Positions 37,284-48,581 of a DNA stretch of 64,000 nt are shown here, one piece after another (the first letter of the stretch is position 1; every line of letters starts with the position of its first letter). The position numbers were made by a program, and so were the translations under genes. The DNA comes from an uncultured Candidatus Rokubacteria bacterium (GTDB lineage Bacteria > Methylomirabilota > Methylomirabilia > Rokubacteriales > CSP1-6). The notes beneath the pieces are model-generated. The model ran no database searches, was not told the origin of the DNA, and was given only the letters and a program-made list of their open reading frames with translations. Location: positions 896,001 to 960,000 of the forward strand of contig CAVXJS010000021.1 of assembly GCA_963762145.1 (NCBI GenBank). Direction: 5' to 3'.

Positions 37284-37379
37284 CACGAGGCCTCGCCGGG
37301 CCGATCCTCGGGCCGATCGGCGGTGCCGTTGCACGACGCGGTCGGAGTGGCCTCACTCCGGCTGAGGAGGGGGCGTAAC

Positions 37380-38540
37380 GTGGGTGGGACAGTACGGGTG
37401 CTCACGATCCGCGGCATTCCGATCAACGTCCACGTGAGCTGGCTCGTGATCTACGGGCTCATCACGTGGACCCTCGCGGTCGGATATTTCCCACGCGCGC
37501 TGCCCGACCTTCCGGATGCCGCCTACTGGGCCAACGGGCTACTGGCCGCGTTCCTCCTCTTCGTCTCCGTCTTGCTCCACGAGCTGTCGCACTCATTCGT
37601 GGCGATGGCGCACGGGCTCTCCGTCCGCGGGATCACCCTGCACGTGTTCGGCGGCGTCTCGCACCTCGAGGATGAGCCGCCGAGCCCGCGGGCCGAGTTC
37701 CTGATCGCGGTGGTGGGGCCGGTCACGAGCTTCGCCATCGCGGCGGTGCTGTGGGCGATCAACGCCAGCGGTCTCGTGCAGCCGGCGTGGGCGCAAGCGG
37801 TGGTCTCCTACCTCGTGCTGGTGAACGTCGCCGTCGGGATCTTCAATCTCGTCCCCGGCTTCCCGCTCGACGGCGGGCGGATCTTGCGCGCCGCCCTCTG
37901 GAAGTGGAAGGGCGCATTGGGTCAAGCCACCTACATGGCCAGCCGAGTCGGGGTGGGCTTCGCTTTCGCTCTCATGGTGCTCGGCTTCGTGCAGATCCTC
38001 AGCGGTTCGGTCATCGGCGGCTTCTGGTTCATCCTCATCGGCATGTTCCTCAGGGGCGCAGCGGACGCGAGCTATTCGCAGATGGCCCTGCGAGAAGCCC
38101 TGGCCCACCTCCCGGTGCGGGACGTCATGGCACGCGAGGTCGTCACGGTGCCCGTGGAGGCGACCGTCGCGCAGCTCGCGGACGCCTTCTGGTCCCACCA
38201 CGTCACGAGCTTTCCAGTCGTGGACGGCGGCACGGTGCGCGGGATCGCGAGCGTGCAACAGGTGCACGCGGTGCCCGTCGAGCAACGGATGGAGCGGCGG
38301 GTGAGCGAGCTCATGCGTCCCTTGACCGACGACCTGATCGTCGGACCGGATGATTCGGTCTTCGACGCGCTGGGCAAGGCGTCGCGAAACCAGGTCGGGC
38401 GGCTGGCGGTACTCGAGAACTCACGGCTCGTGGGGTATCTCTCCCTCAAGGACATCACGCACGTCCTGGCGCTCAGAGGTCTCCCCGATGGCGCTCATTC
38501 CGGCGCCGGCGGCCGCGGACCGGGCCGGCGCGCGCCCTGA
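37380..38540 (+). CDS. Site-2 (M50) protease with CBS domains (Rip3/Rv2625c-like)
   Basis: HELSH, FNLVPGFPLDGGR, C-terminal CBS pair; GAGGAGG before GTG 37380. Confidence 0.93.
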   Translation: MGGTVRVLTIRGIPINVHVSWLVIYGLITWTLAVGYFPRALPDLPDAAYWANGLLAAFLLFVSVLLHELSHSFVAMAHGLSVRGITLHVFGGVSHLEDEPPSPRAEFLIAVVGPVTSFAIAAVLWAINASGLVQPAWAQAVVSYLVLVNVAVGIFNLVPGFPLDGGRILRAALWKWKGALGQATYMASRVGVGFAFALMVLGFVQILSGSVIGGFWFILIGMFLRGAADASYSQMALREALAHLPVRDVMAREVVTVPVEATVAQLADAFWSHHVTSFPVVDGGTVRGIASVQQVHAVPVEQRMERRVSELMRPLTDDLIVGPDDSVFDALGKASRNQVGRLAVLENSRLVGYLSLKDITHVLALRGLPDGAHSGAGGRGPGRRAP

Positions 38541-38567
38541 CCGTGGCAAGCTCCGGTCGATTACGTC

Positions 38568-39974
38568 ATGCCGAGAACGAAGATCGTGTGCACGATCGGA
38601 CCCGCGTCGCGGTCTCCCGAGACCCTGGAGCAGCTGATCCGGGCCGGAATGGACGTCGCGCGGTTGAACTTCTCTCACGGCACGCCCGTCGAGCACCTCG
38701 AGGTCATCACGGCGGTTCGCCGCATCGCCGAGCGCATGGGTCGGCCGATCGCCATCCTTCAGGATCTCGCCGGGCTGAAGATCCGGATCGGCGAGGTGGC
38801 ATCAGGGGCGGTCACGCTGGAAGCCGGCGCGCGGTTCACCTTGACCACGCGGCCGGTTCTCGGCTCCCGGCAGGAAGTCTCCGTCGCCTACCCGCGTCTC
38901 ACCGAGGACGTCCAACCCGGCGACTCCGTGCTCCTGAGTGATGGCGATCTGGAGCTGGAAGTCATCGGCACCGCCGGGGAGGATGTCCACTGCCGGGTGA
39001 TCACGGGCGGCACGCTGGCGTCGCGCAAGGGCGTGCACCTCCCGACCCGCTCGATCACCGCGCCCACGTTCACGGACAAGGACCGGGACGACCTGGCCTT
39101 CGGCCTCCGCTACGGTGTCGACTACGTGGCACTGTCGTTCGTCCGCACGGCCGTCGATGTCCGTCAAGCGCGGGGGATGATCCAGGACCACGACCGCGCC
39201 GTCCCCCTGATCGCCAAGATCGAGACACCGGACGCGCTCACCAATATCGACGAGATCATCGAGCACGTCGACGGCGTGATGGTGGCCCGTGGCGATCTCG
39301 GCGTGGCCATCCCGCTGGCGACGGTGCCACGGCTGCAGAAGATGCTGATCGGGAAGGCGAATCGTGCGGGCAAGCCGGTCATCACCGCCACCCACATGCT
39401 GCGGTCGATGCAAGACCACCCGAGGCCGACGCGGGCCGAGGTGACGGATGTGGCGAATGCCGTGCTCGACGGCACGGACGCAGTCATGCTCTCGGAAGAG
39501 ACCGCGATCGGCCGGTTCCCCGTCGAGGCGGTGACGATGATGCAGGCGATCGCCGCCGATGCGGAATCGAGCTTCCCCTTCGACGCCTGGATCCGTCGGT
39601 TCGAGAGCACCGGCCCGCTGTCCGAGGCAGTCGCGCGGGCCGCCTGCACCATGGCCGCTGACATCGATGCCGCGGCGATCGTCACCTGCACCCAGTCGGG
39701 TGGCACCGCCCGCCGGGTCGCCCAGTACCGGCCCCGGGCTCCGATCCTCGCTCCCACACCGCACGCCGAGACCTACCGCCGGCTCGCGCTCGTCTGGGGC
39801 GTCACGCCGCTCCTGAATCGGAGCCAGCCGACGACGGACGAGCTGATCGACGGAGCCCTCGGCGCCGCGCTGGCGGCCGGGCGCGCGCAACGCGGGGACA
39901 CGGTGATCATCACGGCCGGTGTCCCGGTGGGGCGCCCCGGCATGACGAACCTGATCAAGGTGGAGACCCTGTGA
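38568..39974 (+). CDS. pyk: Pyruvate kinase
   Basis: RTKIVCTIGPAS, ARLNFSHG, IAKIE, MVARGDLG, PTRAEVTDVANA. Confidence 0.97.
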   Translation: MPRTKIVCTIGPASRSPETLEQLIRAGMDVARLNFSHGTPVEHLEVITAVRRIAERMGRPIAILQDLAGLKIRIGEVASGAVTLEAGARFTLTTRPVLGSRQEVSVAYPRLTEDVQPGDSVLLSDGDLELEVIGTAGEDVHCRVITGGTLASRKGVHLPTRSITAPTFTDKDRDDLAFGLRYGVDYVALSFVRTAVDVRQARGMIQDHDRAVPLIAKIETPDALTNIDEIIEHVDGVMVARGDLGVAIPLATVPRLQKMLIGKANRAGKPVITATHMLRSMQDHPRPTRAEVTDVANAVLDGTDAVMLSEETAIGRFPVEAVTMMQAIAADAESSFPFDAWIRRFESTGPLSEAVARAACTMAADIDAAAIVTCTQSGGTARRVAQYRPRAPILAPTPHAETYRRLALVWGVTPLLNRSQPTTDELIDGALGAALAAGRAQRGDTVIITAGVPVGRPGMTNLIKVETL

Positions 39975-40948
39975 TGGTGATCCTCGCGGGAGACATCGGC
40001 GGGACCAATGCGCGGCTCGGGCTCTTCGAGCCTGACGGTGCGAGCCTCCGCAAGATCATCACCGCGAGATTTCCGAGCCGAGAGCACACGAGCCTCGAGG
40101 AGATCGTCGAGCAGTTCCTGGCAAATGTCGGGGGTCCGGTCCAGCGCGCGTGCCTTGCCGTCGCCGGCCCGGTCAGCGAGGGACGTGTCGCCGCCACCAA
40201 TCTCGCGTGGATCGTCGACGCCGGCGGCCTCGCTCGGGTCGTCGGCCTGGAGACGGTGCGCCTGATCAACGACCTCGAGGCCATCGCCCACGGTCTCGGG
40301 GAGCTAGGAGACGCCGACGTGGCTCTGCTCCACGCGGGGCGCCCGAGCCGCGAAGGGAACCGGGCGATCATCGCCGCCGGCACCGGCCTGGGAGAGGCCG
40401 GTGCCTACTGGGACGGGACCCGCCACCACCCGTTCGCATGCGAGGGCGGGCACGGCGACTTCGGGCCCCGGACGGGCATCGAGATGGAGCTCTTGAGCTA
40501 CCTGCTCCGCAAGCATGATCGCGTGAGTTTTGAGCGTGTGCTTTCCGGATCGGGCTTGTATGAGATCTATCGATTCCTCCGAGACTCGGGCCGTGGCCAG
40601 GAGCCCGGGTGGCTCACCGATGAGCTGGCGGAGGACCCGCCCCCGGTTGTCATCTCCCGGGCCGCGCGAGACGGGCGCAGCGATCTCTGCCGGGATGCCG
40701 TGAACCTCTTCGTCTCGATCTACGGTGCCGAGGCGAGCAACCTGGCGCTCAAGCTGATGGCCCGGGGCGGCGTCTGGATCGGCGGGGGGATGGCGCCGAA
40801 CATTCTGCCCCACATCAGGAAGCCGATCTTCATGGACGCCTTCCTGGCAAAAGGGCGGATGCAGTCGCTGCTCGAGACCATGTCCGTCCGGCTCATCCTG
40901 AATGACGACGTGGGGCTCCTGGGGGCGGCCCGCCACGCGGCCACGTGA
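39971..40948 (+). CDS. glk: Glucokinase
   Basis: GDIGGTNAR, LINDLEA, GTGLG, EGGH, ERVLSG. Confidence 0.95.
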   Translation: MMVILAGDIGGTNARLGLFEPDGASLRKIITARFPSREHTSLEEIVEQFLANVGGPVQRACLAVAGPVSEGRVAATNLAWIVDAGGLARVVGLETVRLINDLEAIAHGLGELGDADVALLHAGRPSREGNRAIIAAGTGLGEAGAYWDGTRHHPFACEGGHGDFGPRTGIEMELLSYLLRKHDRVSFERVLSGSGLYEIYRFLRDSGRGQEPGWLTDELAEDPPPVVISRAARDGRSDLCRDAVNLFVSIYGAEASNLALKLMARGGVWIGGGMAPNILPHIRKPIFMDAFLAKGRMQSLLETMSVRLILNDDVGLLGAARHAAT

Positions 40949-40955
40949 AGTCCGT

Positions 40956-42503
40956 TCAGTGGTCCGGCGAGTCCTGAAGGGCCTCGAACACGCGCCCGAT
41001 CGGCGGCTCCGGATACGTGTCCACCCGCACCACGCCCGGCTCGCCTTCAGGCGCTTCATAGCGCGCCCGGTGCTCCGGAAGCAACTCGAGGTGCCCATCC
41101 GAGATGTCGCCGGAGTCGGCAGTCCGGCGGGCAAGGCGTTCGGCGATGGCGCTGTCCGGCGTCTCGCACCAGAGCGTGGCGTGCGCCACGCCCAGGCGGT
41201 GGGCCACGCGCCGGGCTTCCGCGCGCTCGGCCGCCCTTGAAAAGGTTCCGTCGACGATGACCGTCCACCCGGCAACGACGACCTCGGCGGCGAGCTCGAG
41301 GGCCTTGGTATACGTGCGGTTGCTCATGTCGGATGTGTACAGCCCCTCCCCGAAGCCCGCGGTGGCTCGTTCGTGGATGCCGACCCCTCCCAGGCGCTTC
41401 CGGACGGCATCTGTACGGATCACGATGGCGCCGAGCCGCGCGGCCACTGCCCGCGCGACCGTACTCTTTCCGGACCCCATGACCCCGGAGGTGATCAGCA
41501 GGCGGGCGGGGTTACGCGGTTCGGCGAAGCGCCCAGCGAGCGCGAAAAGCGCGCGCGCGGCCGGGACGAGCTCGGGCCGCTCGGACAGCTGGAAAGCGAG
41601 CACCTTGGCGCGCACGAGCGCGCGGTAAGCTCGATAGAAATCGAGCAGCGGCACGACGCCGTAGTCGCCGGTCTCCTCGATGTACGCGTTGATGAACTCG
41701 ACGGCCAGCTCCGAGGCACCCAGCCGCTGCAGGTCCATAGCGAGGAAGGCGATCTCCCCGCCGGTATCCCCGAAACGGAAGCGCTCATTGAACTCGATAC
41801 AGTCGAAGATCTGGATCGGCTCGATGCAACAGACGTGCTGCGCCTGCAGATCGCCGTGGCAGTCACGGATCCGGCCTTCGGAGATTCGCGCCTCCAGCCG
41901 AGAGGCCTCGCGCGTCAAGAAGTCATCCACGTAGTCCCGCAGGGCCCGCCGTTGCTCGGGGGGCCAGAGATCTGCGGGAGTCTCGGCAGTCTGCGTGAAG
42001 CATTCGTCCCAGTTCCTCCGGATCGTGTCGAGACTTCCCATCTGGTCGATCCGCCCGCCCGTCTCCGCCTCGGCGTGGAAGCGCGCCACGGTCGCCGCGA
42101 CGGCGCGCACCTGCGCGGGCTCGGCCCGTCCGGCTACCACGAGCCGATCGAGCATGCGCTCGGCGGGCAGCCGCCGCATTTCCACGGCGACCTCGACGGT
42201 CGGGCCGAGGCCGCCGATCTGGATGCGAGGACGGGAGCCTTTGAGCGCGACCACCCCGAGGTAGGTGTCCGGAGCGAGCCGTCGATTGAGGCGCACCTCC
42301 TCCTGGCAAAAGTGGCGGCGCTGACGGAGCGTTCTGAAATCGAGGAAGCCCAGGTTGACCGGCTTCTTGACCTTGTACACACGCTCTCCCGCCAGGAACA
42401 CCCACGAGATGTGAGTTTCCACCAGCTCTACCCGGTCGACTGGGTGCGGGTAGGCGCCTGGCTCGCGAAGAGCCTTGACCAGCCACGGCGTCGACCTCGG
42501 CAT
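40956..42503 (-). CDS. Rv2004c-like protein (APH-like plus AAA_33 kinase), second copy
   Basis: VETHISWV, CHGDLQAQH, FDCIEFN, GVMGSGKS. Confidence 0.92.
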   Translation of the reverse strand: MPRSTPWLVKALREPGAYPHPVDRVELVETHISWVFLAGERVYKVKKPVNLGFLDFRTLRQRRHFCQEEVRLNRRLAPDTYLGVVALKGSRPRIQIGGLGPTVEVAVEMRRLPAERMLDRLVVAGRAEPAQVRAVAATVARFHAEAETGGRIDQMGSLDTIRRNWDECFTQTAETPADLWPPEQRRALRDYVDDFLTREASRLEARISEGRIRDCHGDLQAQHVCCIEPIQIFDCIEFNERFRFGDTGGEIAFLAMDLQRLGASELAVEFINAYIEETGDYGVVPLLDFYRAYRALVRAKVLAFQLSERPELVPAARALFALAGRFAEPRNPARLLITSGVMGSGKSTVARAVAARLGAIVIRTDAVRKRLGGVGIHERATAGFGEGLYTSDMSNRTYTKALELAAEVVVAGWTVIVDGTFSRAAERAEARRVAHRLGVAHATLWCETPDSAIAERLARRTADSGDISDGHLELLPEHRARYEAPEGEPGVVRVDTYPEPPIGRVFEALQDSPDH

Positions 42504-42534
42504 GGCGGTACCTACGCCTGCTCGGCGTACCCGA

Positions 42535-43008
42535 TCACCTTCGACGGCGGGGTACCGTCACGACGGGACACGGGGCAGTGCGAATGACCCGTTCGGCGAC
42601 ACTCCCGAGGAGCAGCCGCGGTAACCCGGTTCGTCCGTGCGTCCCCAGCACCACCATGGCGGCGCGCTCCTTTCTTGCTGCCCGCACGATCGCGGAAGCC
42701 GGCGCGCCAGCTTCGAGGCGCTTGGAGACGCGAAGCCCATCACGGCGCGCCCTAGCCGCTAGCCGCTCGAGCCCGCGCTCGGTGGTCGTTATCGTCGTGG
42801 CCCGTAGCCTATCGACAATCGCCCCGGATGCCGGGAAGGCCAGCGGCATCATGCGCGTCCCCATCCCCATCGCGAGGGGTGCGACGCTTTCGTAGGCGTG
42901 GAATAGGATGAGACGGGCGCCCAACCTCTTGGCCAGGACGCGCGCCATCGTGAACGCCGATCGGGAGGCGGGGGAAAAATCCGACGCGTGCAGAATGCGC
43001 TTCAACAT
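42535..43008 (-). CDS. Universal stress protein
   Basis: MLKRILHASDFS; GTHGRTG..LLGSVAERVIR; AAGGAG RBS. Confidence 0.93.
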   Translation of the reverse strand: MLKRILHASDFSPASRSAFTMARVLAKRLGARLILFHAYESVAPLAMGMGTRMMPLAFPASGAIVDRLRATTITTTERGLERLAARARRDGLRVSKRLEAGAPASAIVRAARKERAAMVVLGTHGRTGLPRLLLGSVAERVIRTAPCPVVTVPRRRR

Positions 43009-43074
43009 ACTCAGTCTCCTTTTCACAGGCATGACACGCCGGGGAGGTTGGGCTGAGCGCCGCGACCACGGTGG

Positions 43075-44590
43075 TCAGACGGGTTGTTGCGGACGCTTCG
43101 GGTCTGGCCAGTCCACGTGGAAGAACTTCCCTCGCGGCGCGTCCACTCGCTCGTAGGTGTGGGCGCCGAAGTAGTCGCGCTGGGCCTGGAGGAGGTTGGC
43201 GGGGAGCCGGGCCGATCGGTAGCCGTCGAAGTAGGACAGCGCGCTACTGAAGGCGGGCACTGGGATGCCGTGCCGCACCGCGAGCGCCACGACCTCGCGC
43301 CAGGGTTCCTGGCCCGCGGCGAGCGCCTTCTTGAAGTAGGGGTCGAGCATCAGATTCACGAGGCCGGGGTCGCGGCGGTAGGCCTCGGTGATCTTCTGGA
43401 GGAAGCGCGCGCGGATGATGCAGCCGCCGCGCCAGATGGCGGCGATGGTGCCGAAGTCGAGCGTCCAGTTGTATTCCTTCTGCGCCTCCGCCATGAGCTG
43501 GAAGCCCTGGGCATACGCGCAGATCTTCGAGCAGTAGAGCGCGCGGCGCACCGCCTCGACCAGCTTGGGCTTGGAGCCGCGGTACGCGCGTCGGCGGCCC
43601 CTTGAGCTTCTTGGCGCCGCGACGCGCTCCTCCTTCAACGCCGAGAGACAGCGCGCGAACACGGCCTCGGCGATGGCGTTGGCCGGGATGCCCATGTCGA
43701 GCGCGTTCACGCTCGTCCACTTGCCCGTGCCCTTCTGGCCTGCGGCGTCGAGCACCGCGTCCACGAAGAAGCGCGTCGGCCGGGCCGGGTCGCGCTGCTT
43801 GAGGATGTCGGCGGTGATCTCGATCAGATAGGAGTCCAGGTCGCTTCTGGTTCCACTCGCTGAAGACCTCGGAGAGCCGGTCGGGCTTCATGCCGCCGAG
43901 CGTGGTGAGGAGGTGATAGGCCTCCGAGATGAGCTGCATGTCGATGTACTCGATCCCGTTGTGGACCATCTTCACGTAGTGGCCCGCGCCGTTGGGGCCG
44001 ATGTACGCGGTGCAGGGCTCGCCGCCGGTCACCGGCTTGCCGGGCGCCCAGTCTTCCAGCGGCTTGCCCGTCTTGGGATCCACCTTGGCGGCGATGGCCT
44101 CCCAGATCGGGCGCAGGTGCTCCCACGAGGCCGGATGCCCGCCCGGCATGAGCGAGGGCCCGAAGCGCGCGCCCACTTCGCCGCCGCTGACGCCCGAGCC
44201 GAAGAAGCGGCAGTTGTCGGCATACTGCTTCTCGCGGCGGATGGTGTCGGTCCAGAGACTATTGCCGCAGTCCACCACGATGTCGTCGGGCTCGACGCCC
44301 GCGCCGAGGAGCTGTTCGACGACGGCGTCCACCGGCGGCCCCGCCTTCACCAGGATGAGGATCTTGCGCGGCTTCTTGAGCGCGGCGACGAAGTCGGGCA
44401 ACGCGGCGGCCCCCACGAGTCCGCCCGGCGTATCCCCGTGCCCGGCCACGAACTTCTCCATGACCGCGGTCGTTCGGTTGTAGACGGCGACCTGGTAGCC
44501 GTGGTCGGCGATGTTCAGCGCGAGGTTCTCGCCCATCACGGCGAGTCCGATCAGTCCGACGTCGGCGCTGGCGCGAGCGGCTGTCGTCAT
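43075..44590 (-). CDS. gnd: NADP-dependent 6-phosphogluconate dehydrogenase, frameshift near 43845
   Basis: [16 protein letters not shown]; other frame [35 protein letters not shown]. Confidence 0.92.
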
Positions 44591-44600
44591 GGGCCTCACT

Positions 44601-47327
44601 CTACCTCAACCGCAGGAGCTTCACGATCTCGACCACCGCGACCGGCGCCAGAGAGCACGTGGCGACGACGGCTAGCTCCGCCGCAGTGAGTGGGACCGTG
44701 CGGAGCACGGTTTGCAGGAACGGCCAGTAGACCGCCGCGAGCTGGAGGATCAGGCACGCCAGGACCGCCGCCCAGAGCCAGCCGTTCGTGAACGGCCGGG
44801 TGAACGCCGACCGCCGCTGCGACCGGGCGTTGAAGGCGTGGAAGACCTGGGCCAGGGCCAGCGTCATGAAGGCCATCGTGACCGCGCGCCGCAGCGCCTC
44901 GCCCTCGGTGCCGTACCAGCGCAGGCCGACGAAGAAGGCGGCGAGCGTCACCCCGGCCAGCAGCAGGCCCTGCCAGACGATCAGCCCGACGAAGTGCGGG
45001 GTCACCAGCGACTGCCGCGGGTCGCGGGGCGGCTGCTTCATGACGCCGGGCGCCGACGGCTCCAGCGCGAGGGCCATGGCCGGGAAGACGTCGGTGACCA
45101 GGTTGAGCCACAGGATCTGAAGGGCCGCCAGCGGCAACGGCCAGCCGAGCATGATCGCGGCGAACACCACCAGGATCTCGGACAGGTTGCACGAGAAGAG
45201 GTAGTGGATGAACCGGAGGATGTTCGCGTAGATGATCCGGCCCTGCTCGACGGCGACGACGATGGTGGCGAAGTTGTCGTCGGTGATGACCATGTCCGCC
45301 GCCTCCTTGGCCACCTCCGTCCCCTTGATGCCCATCGCCACGCCGATGTCCGCCTTCTTCAGCGCCGGCGCGTCGTTCACCCCGTCGCCGGTCATGGCGA
45401 CGATCTCGCCCCGGCTCTGGAGCGCCTCGACGATTCTCAGCTTGTGCTCCGGCGAGACGCGGGCGAACACCGAAGCTCCGGCCGCGACCCGTTGCCAGCC
45501 CGGACCGTCCAGCGCGGCCAGCTCCCGGCCGTGCACGGTCTGCAGCGGCCGGCCCCGCGCGTCGCGGTCGATCCCGAGCTGCCGGCCGATCTCGGCGGCG
45601 GTCGCCGGCTGGTCCCCGGTGATCATCACCGTCCGGATGCCGGCCTGCCGGCAGGTCGCGATCGCGGCCTTCGCCTCGTCGCGCAGCGGGTCGATCATGC
45701 CGACCAGCCCGACGAAGACGAGGTCCCGGGCCGCCTCGCGTTCGTCGTAGCCCTCGGGCAGCTCCCGGTACGCGAGGGCCAGCACGCGCAGCGCGCTGCC
45801 CGCGAGCTCCTCGTTGACGGCCAGTACCCGGTCGCGGTCTTCCGGCGTGAGCGGGCTCTCCCCCGCGACGGTGAAGCGCCGCCGGCTCGCCTCGAGCACG
45901 ACCCGCGGCGCCCCCTTGACGTAGGCGACGGTCGTGCCTTCGGGCGTGCGGTGGACCGTCACCATGCGCTGCGCTTCGCTGCTGAAGGGGATCTCGCCGA
46001 TTCGGGGCTGGTCGCGATTCAGCGCGGTCTGCTCCAGCCCGGCCTTCGCGGCGGCGACGATCAAGGCCGCCTCGGTCGGGTCCCCGAGGACGGCGGCGCG
46101 GCCGTCGACGCGGTCGACCGTCGCGTCGCTGCACAGGGCGCCGATCCGGAGGGCCAGGGCGAGGTGCTCGTCGCGGCCGGGATCGACGCGTTGGCCCGCG
46201 ACCCGAAACTCGCCGGACGCGGCGTATCCGCTGCCGGTGACCTCGACCCGCCGGTCCCCGAGCTGGAGCGCGCGGACCGTCATCTCGTTCTGGGTCAGGG
46301 TACCGGTCTTGTCGGTGCAGATCACCGTGGTCGAGCCCAGGGTCTCGACGGCCGGCAGCCGGCGGACGAGGACGCGCATGCCGGCCATGCGCTGCATCCC
46401 CAGGGCCAGCGTCATGGTCGTGACGGCCAGCAGCCCCTCGGGCACCGCGGCGATGGCCAGCGAGATGCCGACCTCCAGCATGTAGAGGAACGGATGGCCG
46501 CGCAGCCAGCCCGCCAGGACGATCACGAGGCCGAGCGCCAGGACGACGCCGACCAGCGCGCGACCGAGCTGGGCCAGCTTCCGCTCGAGCGGCGTGTCCT
46601 GGTCGCCGGCCTCCTCGATCAGGGTGCCGATCTTGCCGACCTCGCTGCGCATGCCGGTGGCGGTGACGATCATCCGGCCCCGCCCGTCCGTCACCGTCGT
46701 GCCCATGAAGACCATGTTCCGCCGGTCGGCGACCGGCACGTTCCCGTCCGGGATCGGGTCGGTGGTCTTGGTGACCGGCTGGGACTCGCCGGTCAAGGCG
46801 GCCTCTTCGGCCTGCAGCCGCACGCTCACGATGACGCGCCCGTCCGCGGGCACCCGCGCGCCGGCGTCGAGGACGACGACGTCGCCAGGCACGAGCTCGG
46901 CGGCGGGGACCTGATGCTCCTGGCCATCGCGGATGACATGCGCCACCGCCGAGATCTGCTTCCGGAGGGCGGTGAGGGCCTGCTCCGCCTTCCACTCGGT
47001 CAGGAAGCCGACGAGCGCGTTCAGGATGATCACGACGACGATGGCGGCCGCCTCGATGCCCTCGCCCAAGGCGAGGGCCACCACGGTCGCCGCTAGCAGC
47101 AGGACCACGATGAGGCTCTTGAACTGATCGACGAGGATCGCAAGAAGCGACCGCGCCGCTTTCTCGGTCAGCGCGTTGGGGCCGTACCGCTCGAGGCGGC
47201 GGGCCGCCTCGACGCCGCTCAAGCCGCGCTCGGGTTCTGTGTGGATACGCCGGCTCACCTCGTCAGCGGGCAGCGCGTGCCACGCTTCGGCGTTCTCGGG
47301 AACGGGCGCCCTCAGTGGCGCGGTCAC
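44601..47327 (-). CDS. Cation-transporting P-type ATPase, type IIA (CtpF/Ca2+-ATPase-like)
   Basis: LTGES, AVPEGL, DKTGT, GDPTE, KGAP, TGDGVND, WLNLVTD; GTG start overlaps the upstream stop. Confidence 0.95.
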   Translation of the reverse strand: MTAPLRAPVPENAEAWHALPADEVSRRIHTEPERGLSGVEAARRLERYGPNALTEKAARSLLAILVDQFKSLIVVLLLAATVVALALGEGIEAAAIVVVIILNALVGFLTEWKAEQALTALRKQISAVAHVIRDGQEHQVPAAELVPGDVVVLDAGARVPADGRVIVSVRLQAEEAALTGESQPVTKTTDPIPDGNVPVADRRNMVFMGTTVTDGRGRMIVTATGMRSEVGKIGTLIEEAGDQDTPLERKLAQLGRALVGVVLALGLVIVLAGWLRGHPFLYMLEVGISLAIAAVPEGLLAVTTMTLALGMQRMAGMRVLVRRLPAVETLGSTTVICTDKTGTLTQNEMTVRALQLGDRRVEVTGSGYAASGEFRVAGQRVDPGRDEHLALALRIGALCSDATVDRVDGRAAVLGDPTEAALIVAAAKAGLEQTALNRDQPRIGEIPFSSEAQRMVTVHRTPEGTTVAYVKGAPRVVLEASRRRFTVAGESPLTPEDRDRVLAVNEELAGSALRVLALAYRELPEGYDEREAARDLVFVGLVGMIDPLRDEAKAAIATCRQAGIRTVMITGDQPATAAEIGRQLGIDRDARGRPLQTVHGRELAALDGPGWQRVAAGASVFARVSPEHKLRIVEALQSRGEIVAMTGDGVNDAPALKKADIGVAMGIKGTEVAKEAADMVITDDNFATIVVAVEQGRIIYANILRFIHYLFSCNLSEILVVFAAIMLGWPLPLAALQILWLNLVTDVFPAMALALEPSAPGVMKQPPRDPRQSLVTPHFVGLIVWQGLLLAGVTLAAFFVGLRWYGTEGEALRRAVTMAFMTLALAQVFHAFNARSQRRSAFTRPFTNGWLWAAVLACLILQLAAVYWPFLQTVLRTVPLTAAELAVVATCSLAPVAVVEIVKLLRLR

Positions 47328-48232
47328 TTCACGAGGAGCACCGGCACCGGTGAGTGATCGAGAACCCCTTCGGCCACGCTGCCCAGCAGGAGTCGCGCGA
47401 GGCCGCCCGTGCCTCGGGCGCCGACCACGAGCAGATCTGCCCGGGAGGCGGTCACTTCTTGGAGCAGCTCGACCAGCGGCACGCCTTCTCGCACGACGCC
47501 GCGAGCGCGCCACCCGGCCCGCTTCAACAGGACCGCGGCTCCCGCGACCTCGCGGCGCGCCTTTCTGGTACGCTCGGCATTCAGGCTCGCGGCCGACGCA
47601 AGTACCGCTCGGCGAACCGGAGCAGGAAACAAGGCCCGCGTTCGAGGGAGCACCGGCTCCAGGATCTGGATCACCTTGACGCGCGCGCCGGCCGGTGGCT
47701 CGAGCCGGGCGAGTAAGAAGCCCAGCGCCCGGCTCGCGTTGCGGGATCCATCGGTCGCGAGGACCACCCGTCTGATTCGACGTCGGCGGCCCTTGACCAC
47801 CAGCACCGGGCAGCCCGCTCGGCGAACTACGCCTCGTGACACGCTGCCAAGCATCAGCCGGCGCGCAAATCCGAGCCCTCGGGATCCGACTACGATCACA
47901 CCCGCTCGGCGACGCCGCGCCTCTGCGATGATCGCTTCGATAGGCGGCGTGTTCATCGCGGAGACTGTCATGTCAGGCCAGCGATGACGGACAATGCGCC
48001 GCGTCCGCGATATCTCGCGCTTGAGAGCCCGTTTAGGGGCATCCGAAATGCCCGCGACCCAGATCTCAGCTGGCCACGGCCCGAGTGGGATACCCCCCCG
48101 CGCCAGCACCATGTGCGCCGTCGTGGTACCTGCCCACGGGACCGAGCCGGCGAAGGCGAGCGCAGCATGCGCTTGGCGCGATCCGTCCGTGGTCAGGAGC
48201 ACGGTGAGCCGCGCCGACCGCTTCCGGTTCAT
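47324..48232 (-). CDS. Tandem two-domain universal stress protein
   Basis: Two USP domains: TDGS..GSRG..LGSVS and TDGS..GARG..LGSVA. Confidence 0.93.
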   Translation of the reverse strand: MNRKRSARLTVLLTTDGSRQAHAALAFAGSVPWAGTTTAHMVLARGGIPLGPWPAEIWVAGISDAPKRALKREISRTRRIVRHRWPDMTVSAMNTPPIEAIIAEARRRRAGVIVVGSRGLGFARRLMLGSVSRGVVRRAGCPVLVVKGRRRRIRRVVLATDGSRNASRALGFLLARLEPPAGARVKVIQILEPVLPRTRALFPAPVRRAVLASAASLNAERTRKARREVAGAAVLLKRAGWRARGVVREGVPLVELLQEVTASRADLLVVGARGTGGLARLLLGSVAEGVLDHSPVPVLLVK

Positions 48233-48537
48233 CTCGCCTCTCCGTATGTCTCGACCGTCTCCAAAAGCCGGCCGACCTCGGGGTTCGCGTAAGGTCCGAA
48301 TGCGTCCACCAGCAAGCCCTTCGTTCCGCTGCCAGTCTCGATCGCGCACACGATCGACGCGTCGTCAGGATCCGACACGCCCTCGAACCGCTGATACTCC
48401 CGTATCGTGATGTCTTCCGCGTCGAACGCACGTCCGCTTCCGAGAGCACGGAGCTGACCGTCTCTCACGTCGAAGCGCTCCACGAACCCACGCTCCTTCA
48501 ATTCCTCGATGACCCGGTCCAGCGTCCGGTATGCCAT
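48229..48537 (-). CDS. Conserved hypothetical protein (RFEGxSDPDD family), paralog of 19812-20138
   Basis: YQRFEGVSDPDDASIVCAIE..GTKGLLVDAFG. Confidence 0.85.
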   Translation of the reverse strand: MAYRTLDRVIEELKERGFVERFDVRDGQLRALGSGRAFDAEDITIREYQRFEGVSDPDDASIVCAIETGSGTKGLLVDAFGPYANPEVGRLLETVETYGEAR

Positions 48538-48581
48538 GGCTCGGCCACCTTCCTTTCTCTCGAGACACCCACCTCGAGACC

